From the NCBI GenBank assembly GCA_036004685.1, contig DASYRE010000026.1, positions 45,772 to 109,771 of the forward strand: 64,000 nt of DNA, written 5' to 3'. Each line of letters begins with the position of its first letter. The first letter of the stretch is position 1. Below the pieces are notes generated by a model. That model made no database searches and was not told the DNA's origin. It saw only the letters and a program-made list of their open reading frames with translations. The translations under genes and the position numbers were made by a program. Shown here piece by piece: positions 1-9,083 of the stretch. This DNA comes from Candidatus Polarisedimenticolia bacterium. GTDB taxonomy: Bacteria > Acidobacteriota > Polarisedimenticolia > Gp22-AA2 > AA152.

Positions 1-71
1 CCTAGAATGGCGCTGTAAGTGACAAAAATCATTCGAGTTGACCTCCGTTTCCGCGCCAGATAGAGGACTTG

Positions 72-1022
72 ATGCAGGACCTGCCGCGCCTGGCGATTCC
101 CGTCCGCGAGCTCCTCTCGGAGGAGCTTTCGGAAATCCGTCTCGTCCTCGCCGCGGGCGGCGCCGGACTCGAGCGCTCGCTGACTCATCCGCGGATCCAG
201 AAGGCGGGCCTGGCGCTGACCGGCCCTTTGCACAAGCTCCAGCGGGGGCGGGTGCAGGTCCTGGGATCGTCGGAGATCGATTTCATGGAGCAGCTCGGCG
301 AGACCGAGCGCGCCGCCCTCGTCCGGCGCCTTTTCGACGCCGACCTGACCTGCTTCATCCTGACCCGCGGCCTCGCTTTCTCGCCGCTCTTCCTCAAGCT
401 CTCCGAGGAGCGGGCGATTCCGCTCTTACGCACCGAGCTGCCGACCGCCCCCGTGGTCGAGGCCCTGGGGCACTTCCTGGAGGAGCGCCTGGCGCCGTGC
501 CAGGTCCTGCACGGCGTCCTGATGGACATCTACGGCCTGGGAGTCCTTCTGCTGGGCGACAGCGGCGTCGGCAAGAGCGAGTCGGCCCTCGACCTGGTGG
601 TGCGCGGCCACCGGCTGGTCACCGACGACGTGGTCGAGATCGTCCGGAAAGGCAACGTCCTGACCGGGACGGGCCCGGCGATGACCCGCTTCCACATGGA
701 GCTGCGCGGACTCGGCATCATCAACATCAAGGATCTCTTCGGCGTCGCCGCCGTGCGCGAGAAGAAGGACATCGAGCTGATCGTGCGGCTGGAGCTGCGC
801 GAGACGGGCAAGAGCTACGAGCGGCTCGGCCTGGACGAGCAGGTCTTCTCGATCCTGGGCCTGTCCCTGCCGTACATCGAGATGCCGGTCACGCCGGGGA
901 AGAACCTCTCCGTCCTTCTCGAGGTGGCGGCCCGCAACCAGCTCCTCAAGCGCCGCGGCTACCATCCGGCCAAGGAGCTGGCGCGCCGTCTCGGGGAGGC
1001 AATCCAGAGGAGGCGCCCTTGA
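72..1022 (+). CDS. hprK: HPr kinase/phosphorylase
   Basis: Walker A motif LLLGDSGVGKSE and HprK-like C-terminal domain. ATG at 72, with in-frame TTG at 69 as alternative. Stop TGA at 1020-1022 overlaps the rapZ start. Confidence 0.85.
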   Translation: MQDLPRLAIPVRELLSEELSEIRLVLAAGGAGLERSLTHPRIQKAGLALTGPLHKLQRGRVQVLGSSEIDFMEQLGETERAALVRRLFDADLTCFILTRGLAFSPLFLKLSEERAIPLLRTELPTAPVVEALGHFLEERLAPCQVLHGVLMDIYGLGVLLLGDSGVGKSESALDLVVRGHRLVTDDVVEIVRKGNVLTGTGPAMTRFHMELRGLGIINIKDLFGVAAVREKKDIELIVRLELRETGKSYERLGLDEQVFSILGLSLPYIEMPVTPGKNLSVLLEVAARNQLLKRRGYHPAKELARRLGEAIQRRRP

Positions 1023-1912
1023 CCGCCGAGAGCGCCGGCGGCGGCGCCGGACGCCTCCACGAAATCGTCATCATCAGCGGGATGTCGGGGTCCGGAAAGA
1101 GCGCGGCGACGCGCTGCTTCGAGGACATGGGGTACTTCTGCGTCGACAATCTCCCGCCCCAGCTGATCCCCGTCTTCGCCGAGCTCTGCGTGAAGACCGA
1201 CACGATCCAGCGAGCGGCGCTCGTCGTGGACGCCCGCGAAGGAGCTTTTCTCCAGCATTTCCCCGAGGTGCTGCAGCGCCTCCGGAAGGAGGAGCACCCC
1301 GTCACGCTGCTCTTCCTCGAAGCTTCCGACGACGTCCTGATCCGCCGGTTCTCCGAGAGCCGGCGGCCGCACCCGCTCGCGGTGAACGAGCCGCTGGAGA
1401 CCGGGATCCACCGCGAGCGCGAAGTCCTCTCGGGGCTGCGCGCGCTGGCCGACATCCTGGTCGACACCAGCCGCTACAACGCCCACGATCTCCGCAAGTA
1501 CCTCCACAATAACTTCCAGGAGAGGCGGCCCGGCGAGCCGATGGTGATCACGCTGGTGAGCTTCGGCTACAAGTACGGCATCCCCGGGGAATCGGACCTC
1601 CTGTTCGACACGCGCTTCATCCAGAATCCGTTCTTCGTGGACGGGCTGAAGAACCTCACCGGGCTGGACCAGCCGGTGCAGGATTTCCTGCACGCCCAGG
1701 AGGAGTACGTGGCGTTCCTGAACAAGCTCGACGAGATGCTCCTGTTCCTGATTCCGCGCTACCATCAGGAAGGGAAGACCTACCTCACCATCTCGGTGGG
1801 GTGCACCGGCGGCCGGCACCGGTCAGTCGCCATGACCCAGGAGCTCAGCGATCGCCTGATCGCGCAGGGGTATTCGATCAAAACGAAGCATCGGGATCTG
1901 GAGAAGGAATGA
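1019..1912 (+). CDS. rapZ: RNase adapter protein RapZ (YvcJ/UPF0042 P-loop protein)
   Basis: C-terminal 298 aa of track ORF 38..1912: IVIISGMSGSGKSAATRCFEDMGYFCVDNLPP and the conserved C-terminal GCTGGRHRSV motif. The only plausible start is TTG at 1019, overlapping the hprK stop. The 5' extension back to 38 is the hprK frame artefact. Confidence 0.8.
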   Translation: MTAESAGGGAGRLHEIVIISGMSGSGKSAATRCFEDMGYFCVDNLPPQLIPVFAELCVKTDTIQRAALVVDAREGAFLQHFPEVLQRLRKEEHPVTLLFLEASDDVLIRRFSESRRPHPLAVNEPLETGIHREREVLSGLRALADILVDTSRYNAHDLRKYLHNNFQERRPGEPMVITLVSFGYKYGIPGESDLLFDTRFIQNPFFVDGLKNLTGLDQPVQDFLHAQEEYVAFLNKLDEMLLFLIPRYHQEGKTYLTISVGCTGGRHRSVAMTQELSDRLIAQGYSIKTKHRDLEKE

Positions 1913-2376
1913 CCTCGCAGCCGGAAGATGGCGGGAAGAACGCCGCGCGCTTCGGCGTCCTGGTGGTGGCGCATGGCGACCTCCCCGGAACCCTGGTCAA
2001 GGTCGTCGAGAAGATCCTCGGAGCGAAACTGGACGTCGAGGCGGTCAGCGTCGGATGGGACGACGACATGGCCGATTCGCGCCTCAAGATCCAGGAAGCG
2101 CTCAAGCGCGCCGGCCAAGGGCGCGGCGTGCTGATCCTCACCGACATGTTCGGCGGGACGCCCACGAACGTGACCCTGCCGTTTTTGAAGGCGGAGGACG
2201 TGGAGATCGTCACCGGCGTGAACCTGCCGATGATGGTCAAGGTGCCGAACATCCAGCAGGGGAGCGGCACGCTCGCCGAGGCCGCCGACCGTCTGAGGGA
2301 CCTCGGTCAGGCGGCCATCCAGCTCGCGACCCATTACCTCAAGAAGCCGCCGGGCGGCGCCTCGCCGGCGGCGTGA
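1909..2376 (+). CDS. PTS EIIA component, mannose/fructose family (stand-alone, no permease)
   Basis: FGVLVVAHGDLPGTLVKVVEKILG active-site His region typical of the EIIA-Man fold. ATG 1909 is preceded by GAGAAGGA and overlaps the rapZ stop as ATGA. Confidence 0.75.
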   Translation: MTSQPEDGGKNAARFGVLVVAHGDLPGTLVKVVEKILGAKLDVEAVSVGWDDDMADSRLKIQEALKRAGQGRGVLILTDMFGGTPTNVTLPFLKAEDVEIVTGVNLPMMVKVPNIQQGSGTLAEAADRLRDLGQAAIQLATHYLKKPPGGASPAA

Positions 2377-2642
2377 TCGAGCGCGAGGTGACGCTGATCA
2401 ACGCGCTGGGGCTGCACGCGCGCGCCGCGGCCCGGCTCGTCCAGGTGGCTTCGCGTTTTCGCGCCCGGATCACGCTGACCAAAGAGGGACGGACCGTCGA
2501 CGCCAAGTCGATCCTCGGCGTCCTGATGCTCTCCGGGGCGCTCGGCGACCGGCTCCTCCTCGCGGCGCACGGCGAAGACGAGGACGAGGCCCTGGCGGCG
2601 GTGGAGGCGCTTTTCCTGTCCCGATTCGGGGAGGCCGGCTAG
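2373..2642 (+). CDS. ptsH: phosphocarrier protein HPr
   Basis: 89 aa. GLHARAAA active-site His15 region, and a regulatory Ser region (KSILGV). GTG 2373 overlaps the EIIA stop. Confidence 0.8.
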   Translation: MIEREVTLINALGLHARAAARLVQVASRFRARITLTKEGRTVDAKSILGVLMLSGALGDRLLLAAHGEDEDEALAAVEALFLSRFGEAG

Positions 2643-4421
2643 ATGCCCGATCACGATCCGCGGACGCTGCGAGGCATCGGCGTCTCGCCCGGCATCGCCG
2701 TCGGGACGGTGCTGCTCCTGGAGAACCCCAGCACCTCCGTCTTCCGCGTCCCCGTCGCCCCCGACCGGGTGGCCCGCGAGATCACCCGCCTGAGGCGCGC
2801 CCTGGCCCGCTGCAAGCGGCAGATCCTGATGGCGCGGGAGCGCGCCCTGCGCGAGGCGGGCGAAGGCTACGCCCGCGTCTTCGACGCGCAGATGCTGATC
2901 CTCGAGGATCCTTCCCTCATCCGCGAGACGATGGAGATCATCCGCCGCGATCAGGTGAACGCCGAGTGGGCGGTGCGGGGAATCGTGGCGCGCTACCTCA
3001 AGGTGATCGCGGGGCTGGAGGATCCTTACCTCCGGGAGCGGGGGAGCGACGTCGAGGACGTGCACGCCCGGATTCAGCAGGCGCTCGCCGGCCGCCAGCA
3101 GCACGATCTCTCGGAGCTGCGCGAGGACGTCATCGTCGTCTCCAGCGTCCTGTCGCCCTCCGATCTCGTCCTGCTGGATCGCGATCACGTCATGGGCCTG
3201 GCGATCGAGCAGGGAGGCCAGACGTCCCACACCGCCATCATCGCCAACGCGCTGGGGGTTCCCGCGGTGGTCGGGGTCAAGGGGATCGCCGCGCTCCTCA
3301 AGTCGGGGGATCCGATCATCCTGGACGGCGCCACCGGCACCGTCCGCCTTCATCCCGACGCGCAGCTCCTCGAGGAATACCGGGAGGCCGCGCGCCGCGC
3401 CAAGGAAGCCGACGCGCGCCTGCTCACGGAGCGGGACCTCCCCACCGTCACGACCGACGGCGCGGGAATCCGCCTGCAGGCGAACCTGGAGATTCCCGAG
3501 GAAGTCGACTCGGCGATCCGCCTCGGCGCCGAGGGGATCGGGCTCTACCGGTCGGAGTTCCTGTTCCTGCGCCACGCTCCCGATCTGCCCACCGAGGAGG
3601 ACCACCGGAGCGCCTACCGCATGCTGGCCGATCGGATGGCGCCTCATCCGGTCGTCATCCGCACGCTCGACATCGGCGGCGAGAAATATTTCCACCGCAC
3701 GCTCGAGCGCGAGGAGGTGAACCCGGTCATGGGGCTCCGGGCGATCCGCTTCTGCCTCAAGCGCAAGGACATCTTCCGGGCCCAGCTCCGCGGCTTCCTG
3801 CGGGCCGCCACCGGCGGAGGCCTCGCCCTGATGTTCCCGATGATCTGCGACCTCGACGAGCTGCGCCAGGCGAAGGAGATGCTGGAGAGCGCGCGCCAAG
3901 AGCTGATCGCGGAAGGGGTCCCGGTGCCGGACCGCTTCCCCCTGGGGACGATGATCGAGACCCCGGCGGCGGCCATGATCGCCGACCTGCTGGCGCGCGA
4001 AGTCGATTTCTTCAGCATCGGTACCAACGACCTGATCCAGTACACCCTGGCGATCGATCGCGGCAATTTCTCGGTCGCCTATCTGTACCGGCCTCTCCAC
4101 CCCGCCATGCTGCGGCTCATCAAGGGCGTCGTCGACGTGGCGCAGAGCGCCGGCCGGGGGGTGAGCCTGTGCGGCGAGGTGGCGTCGAACCCGCTGTGCG
4201 CGGCGCTCCTGCTGGGGATGGGGATCAACGAGATCAGCATGCGCCCCTCGGCGATCCCGGCGGTGAAGCACCTGCTGCGCGCCGTGTCGCTGGACGAGGT
4301 GCGGCGCATGGCCCGCCAGGCGCTGGATCTTCCCGGCGCCCGGGAAATCGAGGACCTGATTCAGAAGCAGCTCGGAGACCGTCTGCCCCACGGCATGACG
4401 TGCCTCGTCCCTTCCCGTTGA
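2643..4421 (+). CDS. ptsI: phosphoenolpyruvate-protein phosphotransferase (Enzyme I)
   Basis: 592 aa full-length EI: N-terminal HPr-binding domain, PEP-utilizer His domain (GGQTSHTAIIAN) and PEP-binding TIM barrel. ATG follows the HPr stop directly. Confidence 0.9.
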   Translation: MPDHDPRTLRGIGVSPGIAVGTVLLLENPSTSVFRVPVAPDRVAREITRLRRALARCKRQILMARERALREAGEGYARVFDAQMLILEDPSLIRETMEIIRRDQVNAEWAVRGIVARYLKVIAGLEDPYLRERGSDVEDVHARIQQALAGRQQHDLSELREDVIVVSSVLSPSDLVLLDRDHVMGLAIEQGGQTSHTAIIANALGVPAVVGVKGIAALLKSGDPIILDGATGTVRLHPDAQLLEEYREAARRAKEADARLLTERDLPTVTTDGAGIRLQANLEIPEEVDSAIRLGAEGIGLYRSEFLFLRHAPDLPTEEDHRSAYRMLADRMAPHPVVIRTLDIGGEKYFHRTLEREEVNPVMGLRAIRFCLKRKDIFRAQLRGFLRAATGGGLALMFPMICDLDELRQAKEMLESARQELIAEGVPVPDRFPLGTMIETPAAAMIADLLAREVDFFSIGTNDLIQYTLAIDRGNFSVAYLYRPLHPAMLRLIKGVVDVAQSAGRGVSLCGEVASNPLCAALLLGMGINEISMRPSAIPAVKHLLRAVSLDEVRRMARQALDLPGAREIEDLIQKQLGDRLPHGMTCLVPSR

Positions 4422-4437
4422 AAGGAGGAGTCGTTCG

Positions 4438-4794
4438 ATGAGGCGCGTCCCGAAGCCCTGGGGGGAGGAGATCATCTTCGCCGAGACCGACCGCTACGCC
4501 GGGAAGATCCTCGTCGTCCGGCGGGACGAGATCCTGAGCCTGCAGTACCACGAGCGCAAGGACGAGACGCTCTACCTTTATAAAGGCAGGGTGCGGCTCT
4601 GGATCGAGGAGGACGGCAAGCTCGCGGAGAGGATCCTCGCTCCCGGGGAAGCGCTGCGGATCCCCCCGGGCCTCCGCCACCGACTGCAGGCCCTGGAGGA
4701 CAGCGAGGTCTTCGAGGTGAGCACCCCGGAGCTGGACGACGTCGTGCGGCTGGAAGATCGTTACGGACGCCTGGCGGGGCGGAAACAGGATTGA
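4438..4794 (+). CDS. cupin domain protein
   Basis: 118 aa. Small beta-barrel cupin pattern PWGEE...YHERKDETLYLYKG..LRIPPGLRHR. Codon third positions strongly GC-biased (GC3-rich). Confidence 0.6.
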   Translation: MRRVPKPWGEEIIFAETDRYAGKILVVRRDEILSLQYHERKDETLYLYKGRVRLWIEEDGKLAERILAPGEALRIPPGLRHRLQALEDSEVFEVSTPELDDVVRLEDRYGRLAGRKQD

Positions 4795-4850
4795 CAGGCG
4801 GCGAGCGCTTTGCCTATCATCCGACGGCGCCGTTCCCGCCTTGGAGCCGC

Positions 4851-5171
4851 ATGACGAAAGCCGATCTGGCCCACGCCATCTACCAACGACACGGGGCGCT
4901 GTCTCGGCGGGAAGCGACGGCTCTGGTCGAGACGGTGCTGGAGCGGATTCGCCAGGGGCTCTCGACGGGCCGGGCGGTGAAGATCTCGGGCTTCGGTTCC
5001 TTCACCGTCGTCCACCGGAAGCCCCGTCCCGGAAGGAATCCGCGCACGGGGGAGAGCGTGATCATCCCCGGAAGGGTCCGTCCCGTGTTCCGCCCCTCGC
5101 GGCAGGTGCTGCTCCAGCTCAACCGCGACGGCCGGCCGGGGCGAGTTCGAGGAGTGATCGATGGCCACTGA
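4851..5171 (+). CDS. integration host factor / HU family DNA-binding protein (IHF-alpha-like)
   Basis: [45 protein letters not shown] is an IHF/HU fold. ATG 4851 was chosen inside the longer track ORF 4791..5171. Confidence 0.7.
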   Translation: MTKADLAHAIYQRHGALSRREATALVETVLERIRQGLSTGRAVKISGFGSFTVVHRKPRPGRNPRTGESVIIPGRVRPVFRPSRQVLLQLNRDGRPGRVRGVIDGH

Positions 5172-5553
5172 GGTTCCGAAGAAGCTCTTCTACAAGATCG
5201 GCGAGGTCTGCTCGCTGACCGATACGCAGCCCTACGTCCTGAGGTTTTGGGAGTCGGAGTTTCCGCAGCTTGCGCCGAAGAAGACCCGGACGGGCCAGCG
5301 CGTCTACCGTCCCCGGGACATCGAGATGGTCCTGGAGATCAAGAAGCTGCTCTATGACGAGGGGTTCACGATTGCCGGCGCGCGCAAAAAGCTGGGGATG
5401 GGCGACGGCGCGGCTCCTCTCCCCGAGCCCACCGAGGAGCCGGCCCCGGACACCATGGCGCTGCTGGAGCTGCAGGAGGACTTCCGCTCCTCCCTCGGCG
5501 AGATCCTCTCGATCATGGACGACACCGATCGGCGCCTGAAGAAGAAGAGCTGA
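5161..5553 (+). CDS. MerR family transcriptional regulator
   Basis: N-terminal MerR HTH ([24 protein letters not shown]). The conserved position downstream of ihfA is a common arrangement. Confidence 0.7.
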   Translation: MATEVPKKLFYKIGEVCSLTDTQPYVLRFWESEFPQLAPKKTRTGQRVYRPRDIEMVLEIKKLLYDEGFTIAGARKKLGMGDGAAPLPEPTEEPAPDTMALLELQEDFRSSLGEILSIMDDTDRRLKKKS

Positions 5554-5575
5554 TCGTCCCGCGCGCCCGGCCGCC

Positions 5576-5598
5576 TTGACACTCTTCCGACCGCGCCG

Positions 5599-5605
<7 letters not shown>
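5576..5605 (+). promoter_or_regulatory. sigma70-type promoter for tRNA-Pro(GGG): TTGACA-N18-TAGAAT
   Basis: -35 TTGACA at 5576-5581, 18-nt spacer, -10 TAGAAT at 5600-5605, about 18 nt upstream of the tRNA 5' end. Confidence 0.55.
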
Positions 5606-6045
<440 letters not shown>

Positions 6046-6196
6046 CCCTCAGCTCCTTCCACCCCTCCTGGGTTTTCCAGATCGGCACGGGCCGCGCCTG
6101 GGGCCGGATAGCGCCAGATTCGTGGATCGCCTCCGGTCTGATGTATGCATCCCAAGGACTCCGAAAGTCGCGGGATCGAAAAGGGGTTCCCGCCCG

Positions 6197-6397
6197 TCAC
6201 CGGGAGCGGTAACGCCCCCCGACGCTCCACCCTCCCTTCTCCTCATCCTCTTCTTCGCCGCCTCCGTCGTCCTCGTCGTCGTCTTCCTCTTCGTCCTCCT
6301 CGTCGTCCTCTTCCTCTTCCTCTTCGTCGTCGATATCTTCTTCCTCGTCAACATCGTCTACATTCGCCAGGCGCAGCTGCTGTGCCAACGTGTTCAT
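6197..6397 (-). CDS. hypothetical small highly acidic protein (Asp/Glu-rich)
   Basis: 66 aa from ATG 6397 (RBS-like GGAGGG upstream): MNTLAQQLRLANVDDVDEEEDIDDEEEEEEDD... GAG/GAC codons match host bias. Low complexity, so could be spurious. Confidence 0.35.
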   Translation of the reverse strand: MNTLAQQLRLANVDDVDEEEDIDDEEEEEEDDEEDEEEDDDEDDGGGEEEDEEKGGWSVGGRYRSR

Positions 6398-6509
6398 CTC
6401 TGGGTCACCCTCCGGTGATTGCCTGCGAACTCCTCGCAAGCGACGCGATTATACCTCGGCGTTCCGGGGCCGGCGACGATGGGGCCTATGCTATACTCCC
6501 GCTTCAACG

Positions 6510-7280
6510 ATGGCTCCTCATCCGCCCTTCATCCTGGTCACCAACGACGATGGCATCGGCGCCGAAGGGCTGCAGGCGCTGTCCCGCGAGCTCGCCTCGG
6601 TCGGCCGGGTCGCCGTCATCGCGCCGGATCGGGAGCAGAGCGCCTCCAGCCACGCCTTGACGCTGCACCGCCCCCTGCGCGTGAAGCACCACGCGCCGGA
6701 CGTCTACAGCGTCGACGGGACGCCCACCGACTGCGTCAACCTGGGAATCCTGAACCTCCTCCCCGAGCGCCCCGCTCTGGTGGTCTCGGGAATCAACCGG
6801 GGGATGAACCTCGGCGACGACATCACCTATTCGGGGACGGTCGCGGCGGCGTTCGAGGGGACGCTCTTGGGCATTCCTTCCTTCGCCGTGTCGCAGCAGA
6901 CTTCCAGGGAGAAACCGGTCGATTTCGCCGCCGCGGCCCGCTTCGCCGCGACGCTGGCGCGCCGCGTGCTGGATCACCCCATTCCGCCGGGGACGCTCTT
7001 GAATGTGAACGTGCCGGCGGCCCCGCCTCGGGGGGTGCGCCCGACGCGACAGGGGAAGCGGACCTACCATCAGGGGGTGGTGGAGCGGACCGATCCGGCG
7101 GGACGCCGCTACTACTGGCTGGGCGGCATCCCGCCCCAATGGGACGACGACCCCCACAGCGATTTCGCCGCCATCAAGGACGGTTACATCTCGCTTACCG
7201 CCCTGCATCTCGATCTCACGCACTACCCGCTGCTGAAAGAGCTGGAAGGTTGGCACCTGGAGGCGTTCTCGGAGAGGTGA
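6510..7280 (+). CDS. surE: 5'/3'-nucleotidase SurE
   Basis: FILVTNDDGIGAEGL...GINRGMNLG hallmark SurE motifs. ATG 6510 chosen within track ORF 6390..7280. Confidence 0.85.
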   Translation: MAPHPPFILVTNDDGIGAEGLQALSRELASVGRVAVIAPDREQSASSHALTLHRPLRVKHHAPDVYSVDGTPTDCVNLGILNLLPERPALVVSGINRGMNLGDDITYSGTVAAAFEGTLLGIPSFAVSQQTSREKPVDFAAAARFAATLARRVLDHPIPPGTLLNVNVPAAPPRGVRPTRQGKRTYHQGVVERTDPAGRRYYWLGGIPPQWDDDPHSDFAAIKDGYISLTALHLDLTHYPLLKELEGWHLEAFSER

Positions 7281-7284
7281 CTTC

Positions 7285-7941
7285 GTGGACTTCAGGCTCA
7301 GGCGCCAGAAGATGGTGGCCCGCCTCGAAAAGGCGGGGATCGTAGACCCGCGGATCCTCCAGGCCTTCCTCGACGTGCCGCGGCACCTCTTCGTCGAGGA
7401 GGCGCTCCAGGAGAAGGCCTACGGCACCCACGCCCTGCCGATCGGGCACCAGCAGACGATCTCGCAGCCCGAGATCGCCGCCCGGATGACGGAGATGCTG
7501 CAGATCCGCTCGGAAGACCGGGTCCTCGAAGTGGGGACCGGCTCGGGCTACCAGGCGGCGATCCTGGCGCGCCTGGCTTCGGAGGTCCTCACGGTGGAGC
7601 GCATCCCGGCGCTCGCCCGGCGCGCCGAGGCTCTGCTGATGGCGTTGAAGCTGGGAAACGTGCGCGTCAAAGTGTGCGACGGCTCGCTTGGCCTCGGCGA
7701 GGGGCAGTCCTTCGACGTTATCCTGGTGGCCGCGGCCGCCCCGGAGATCCCGCGCCCGCTGCTGGAGCACCTGGCCCCGGGAGGGCGCATGGTGATTCCG
7801 GTGGGCTCCGGGTCAAAGCAGAATCTCTTCCGGGTCGTGCGCCAGGGGGACGAGTTCCTGGCCGAGGACCGCGGCCCCTGCACCTTCGTCAAGCTGGTCG
7901 GCCGCTCGCGCTGGGCGAACCTTCCCGATCACCCTTCCTGA
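7285..7941 (+). CDS. pcm: protein-L-isoaspartate O-methyltransferase
   Basis: SAM-MTase motif VLEVGTGSGYQAAILA. Classic surE-pcm pairing. GTG 7285 follows RBS GGAGAGG; an alternative ATG at 7312 aligns with the E. coli N-terminus. Confidence 0.85.
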   Translation: MDFRLRRQKMVARLEKAGIVDPRILQAFLDVPRHLFVEEALQEKAYGTHALPIGHQQTISQPEIAARMTEMLQIRSEDRVLEVGTGSGYQAAILARLASEVLTVERIPALARRAEALLMALKLGNVRVKVCDGSLGLGEGQSFDVILVAAAAPEIPRPLLEHLAPGGRMVIPVGSGSKQNLFRVVRQGDEFLAEDRGPCTFVKLVGRSRWANLPDHPS

Positions 7942-7948
7942 GGTCGGC

Positions 7949-9076
7949 ATGGAGAGCGATTTTCTGGCGCAGGAGATGCAGCGTTTCGACCCCGAGGCGT
8001 CGCTGGAAGCCGCGCGCACGCCTCCCGCCTCCTGGTACACCGATCCCCGCTTCCTGGAGCTCGAGCGGACCACGGTGTTCCGACGCTCCTGGCAGGCGGT
8101 CGGACGCATCGACCAGCTGCCGCGCGCCGGCAGCTACTTCACCGGCGAGCTGCTCGGAGAGCCGTTCGTGGTGGTCCGCGGCTCCGACGGGGCGCTTCGG
8201 GCGTTCCTCAACGTCTGCCGCCACCATGCCGCCCAGGTGTGCCCGGGGGAGGAAGGCTGCCTGACGGAGCTGACCTGCCCATATCACGGCTGGACGTACG
8301 GGCTGGACGGGCGGCTCCTGCGCGCCCCGAAGCTGGGACGGAGCGAAGTCTTCGATCGGGACGGCTTCGGGCTCGTGCCGATCGCCGTGGAGAGCTGGGG
8401 GCCGCTGGTCTTCGTGCACCTCGGGCAGAAGCCCGCCTCCCTGCGCCAGGAGCTCGCCGAGCTGGAGCGGCGCCTCGAAGCCTCGGCCTTTCGGGAGCTG
8501 CGCTTCGCGCAGCGCAAGTCGTACGACTTGCAGTGCAACTGGAAGGTCTACGTCGACAACTACCTCGACGGCGGCTATCACGTGGCGCACCTCCACCGGG
8601 GCCTCGCCGGGCAGCTCGACCTCAAGAGCTACCGGACGGAGATCTTCCCGCGCCTGTCGATCCAGTCCTGCGCGGCGCCGGCGGAGGCGGCGGCGGGGCC
8701 CGAGGGCGACTTCCCCGAGAGGATCGGCCAAGGGGCGCTGTACGCCTGGATCCATCCCAACTTCATGATCAACCGCTACGGCTCCATCATGGACACCAAC
8801 TACGTCCTGCCGCTCTCCCACGACCGCTGTCGCGTCGTCTTCGATTTCTTCTTCGACGAGACGGAAGGCGCGGAAGCGCAGGACTTCATCGCCAAGAGCG
8901 TCGCCGCCAGCCACGTCGTCCAGGAAGAGGACGTGGGGATCAGCGAGTCGGTCCAGCGAGGGCTCGGCTCGTCGGCTTACGATCGCGGCATCTACGCCCC
9001 CGCGTTCGAGGCCCCGATGCTCCACTTCCACCGGCTTCTCGCGCGCGACCTCCGCGGCGCCGGCCGCCCCTCCTGA
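7949..9076 (+). CDS. Rieske [2Fe-2S] non-heme iron oxygenase alpha subunit (ring-hydroxylating/demethylase-like)
   Basis: Rieske motif CRHH...17 aa...CPYHGW, and a mononuclear Fe motif region DGGYHVAHLH. 375 aa. No reductase partner in the window. Confidence 0.75.
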   Translation: MESDFLAQEMQRFDPEASLEAARTPPASWYTDPRFLELERTTVFRRSWQAVGRIDQLPRAGSYFTGELLGEPFVVVRGSDGALRAFLNVCRHHAAQVCPGEEGCLTELTCPYHGWTYGLDGRLLRAPKLGRSEVFDRDGFGLVPIAVESWGPLVFVHLGQKPASLRQELAELERRLEASAFRELRFAQRKSYDLQCNWKVYVDNYLDGGYHVAHLHRGLAGQLDLKSYRTEIFPRLSIQSCAAPAEAAAGPEGDFPERIGQGALYAWIHPNFMINRYGSIMDTNYVLPLSHDRCRVVFDFFFDETEGAEAQDFIAKSVAASHVVQEEDVGISESVQRGLGSSAYDRGIYAPAFEAPMLHFHRLLARDLRGAGRPS

Positions 9077-9083
9077 GACGGCG

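Noticed and set aside
38-1912. 624-aa ORF spanning hprK and rapZ
   Set aside because: Its first ~330 codons are the +2 frame of hprK (Pro/Arg/Gly-rich low complexity typical of GC-rich off-frame translation). Only the C-terminal part from TTG 1019 is the real rapZ gene.
2334-4475. 713-aa minus-strand ORF
   Set aside because: Antisense to ptsI. Composition (Arg/Gly/Asp/His/Leu-rich, no motifs) matches GC-rich antisense artefacts. ptsI on the plus strand has unambiguous motifs.
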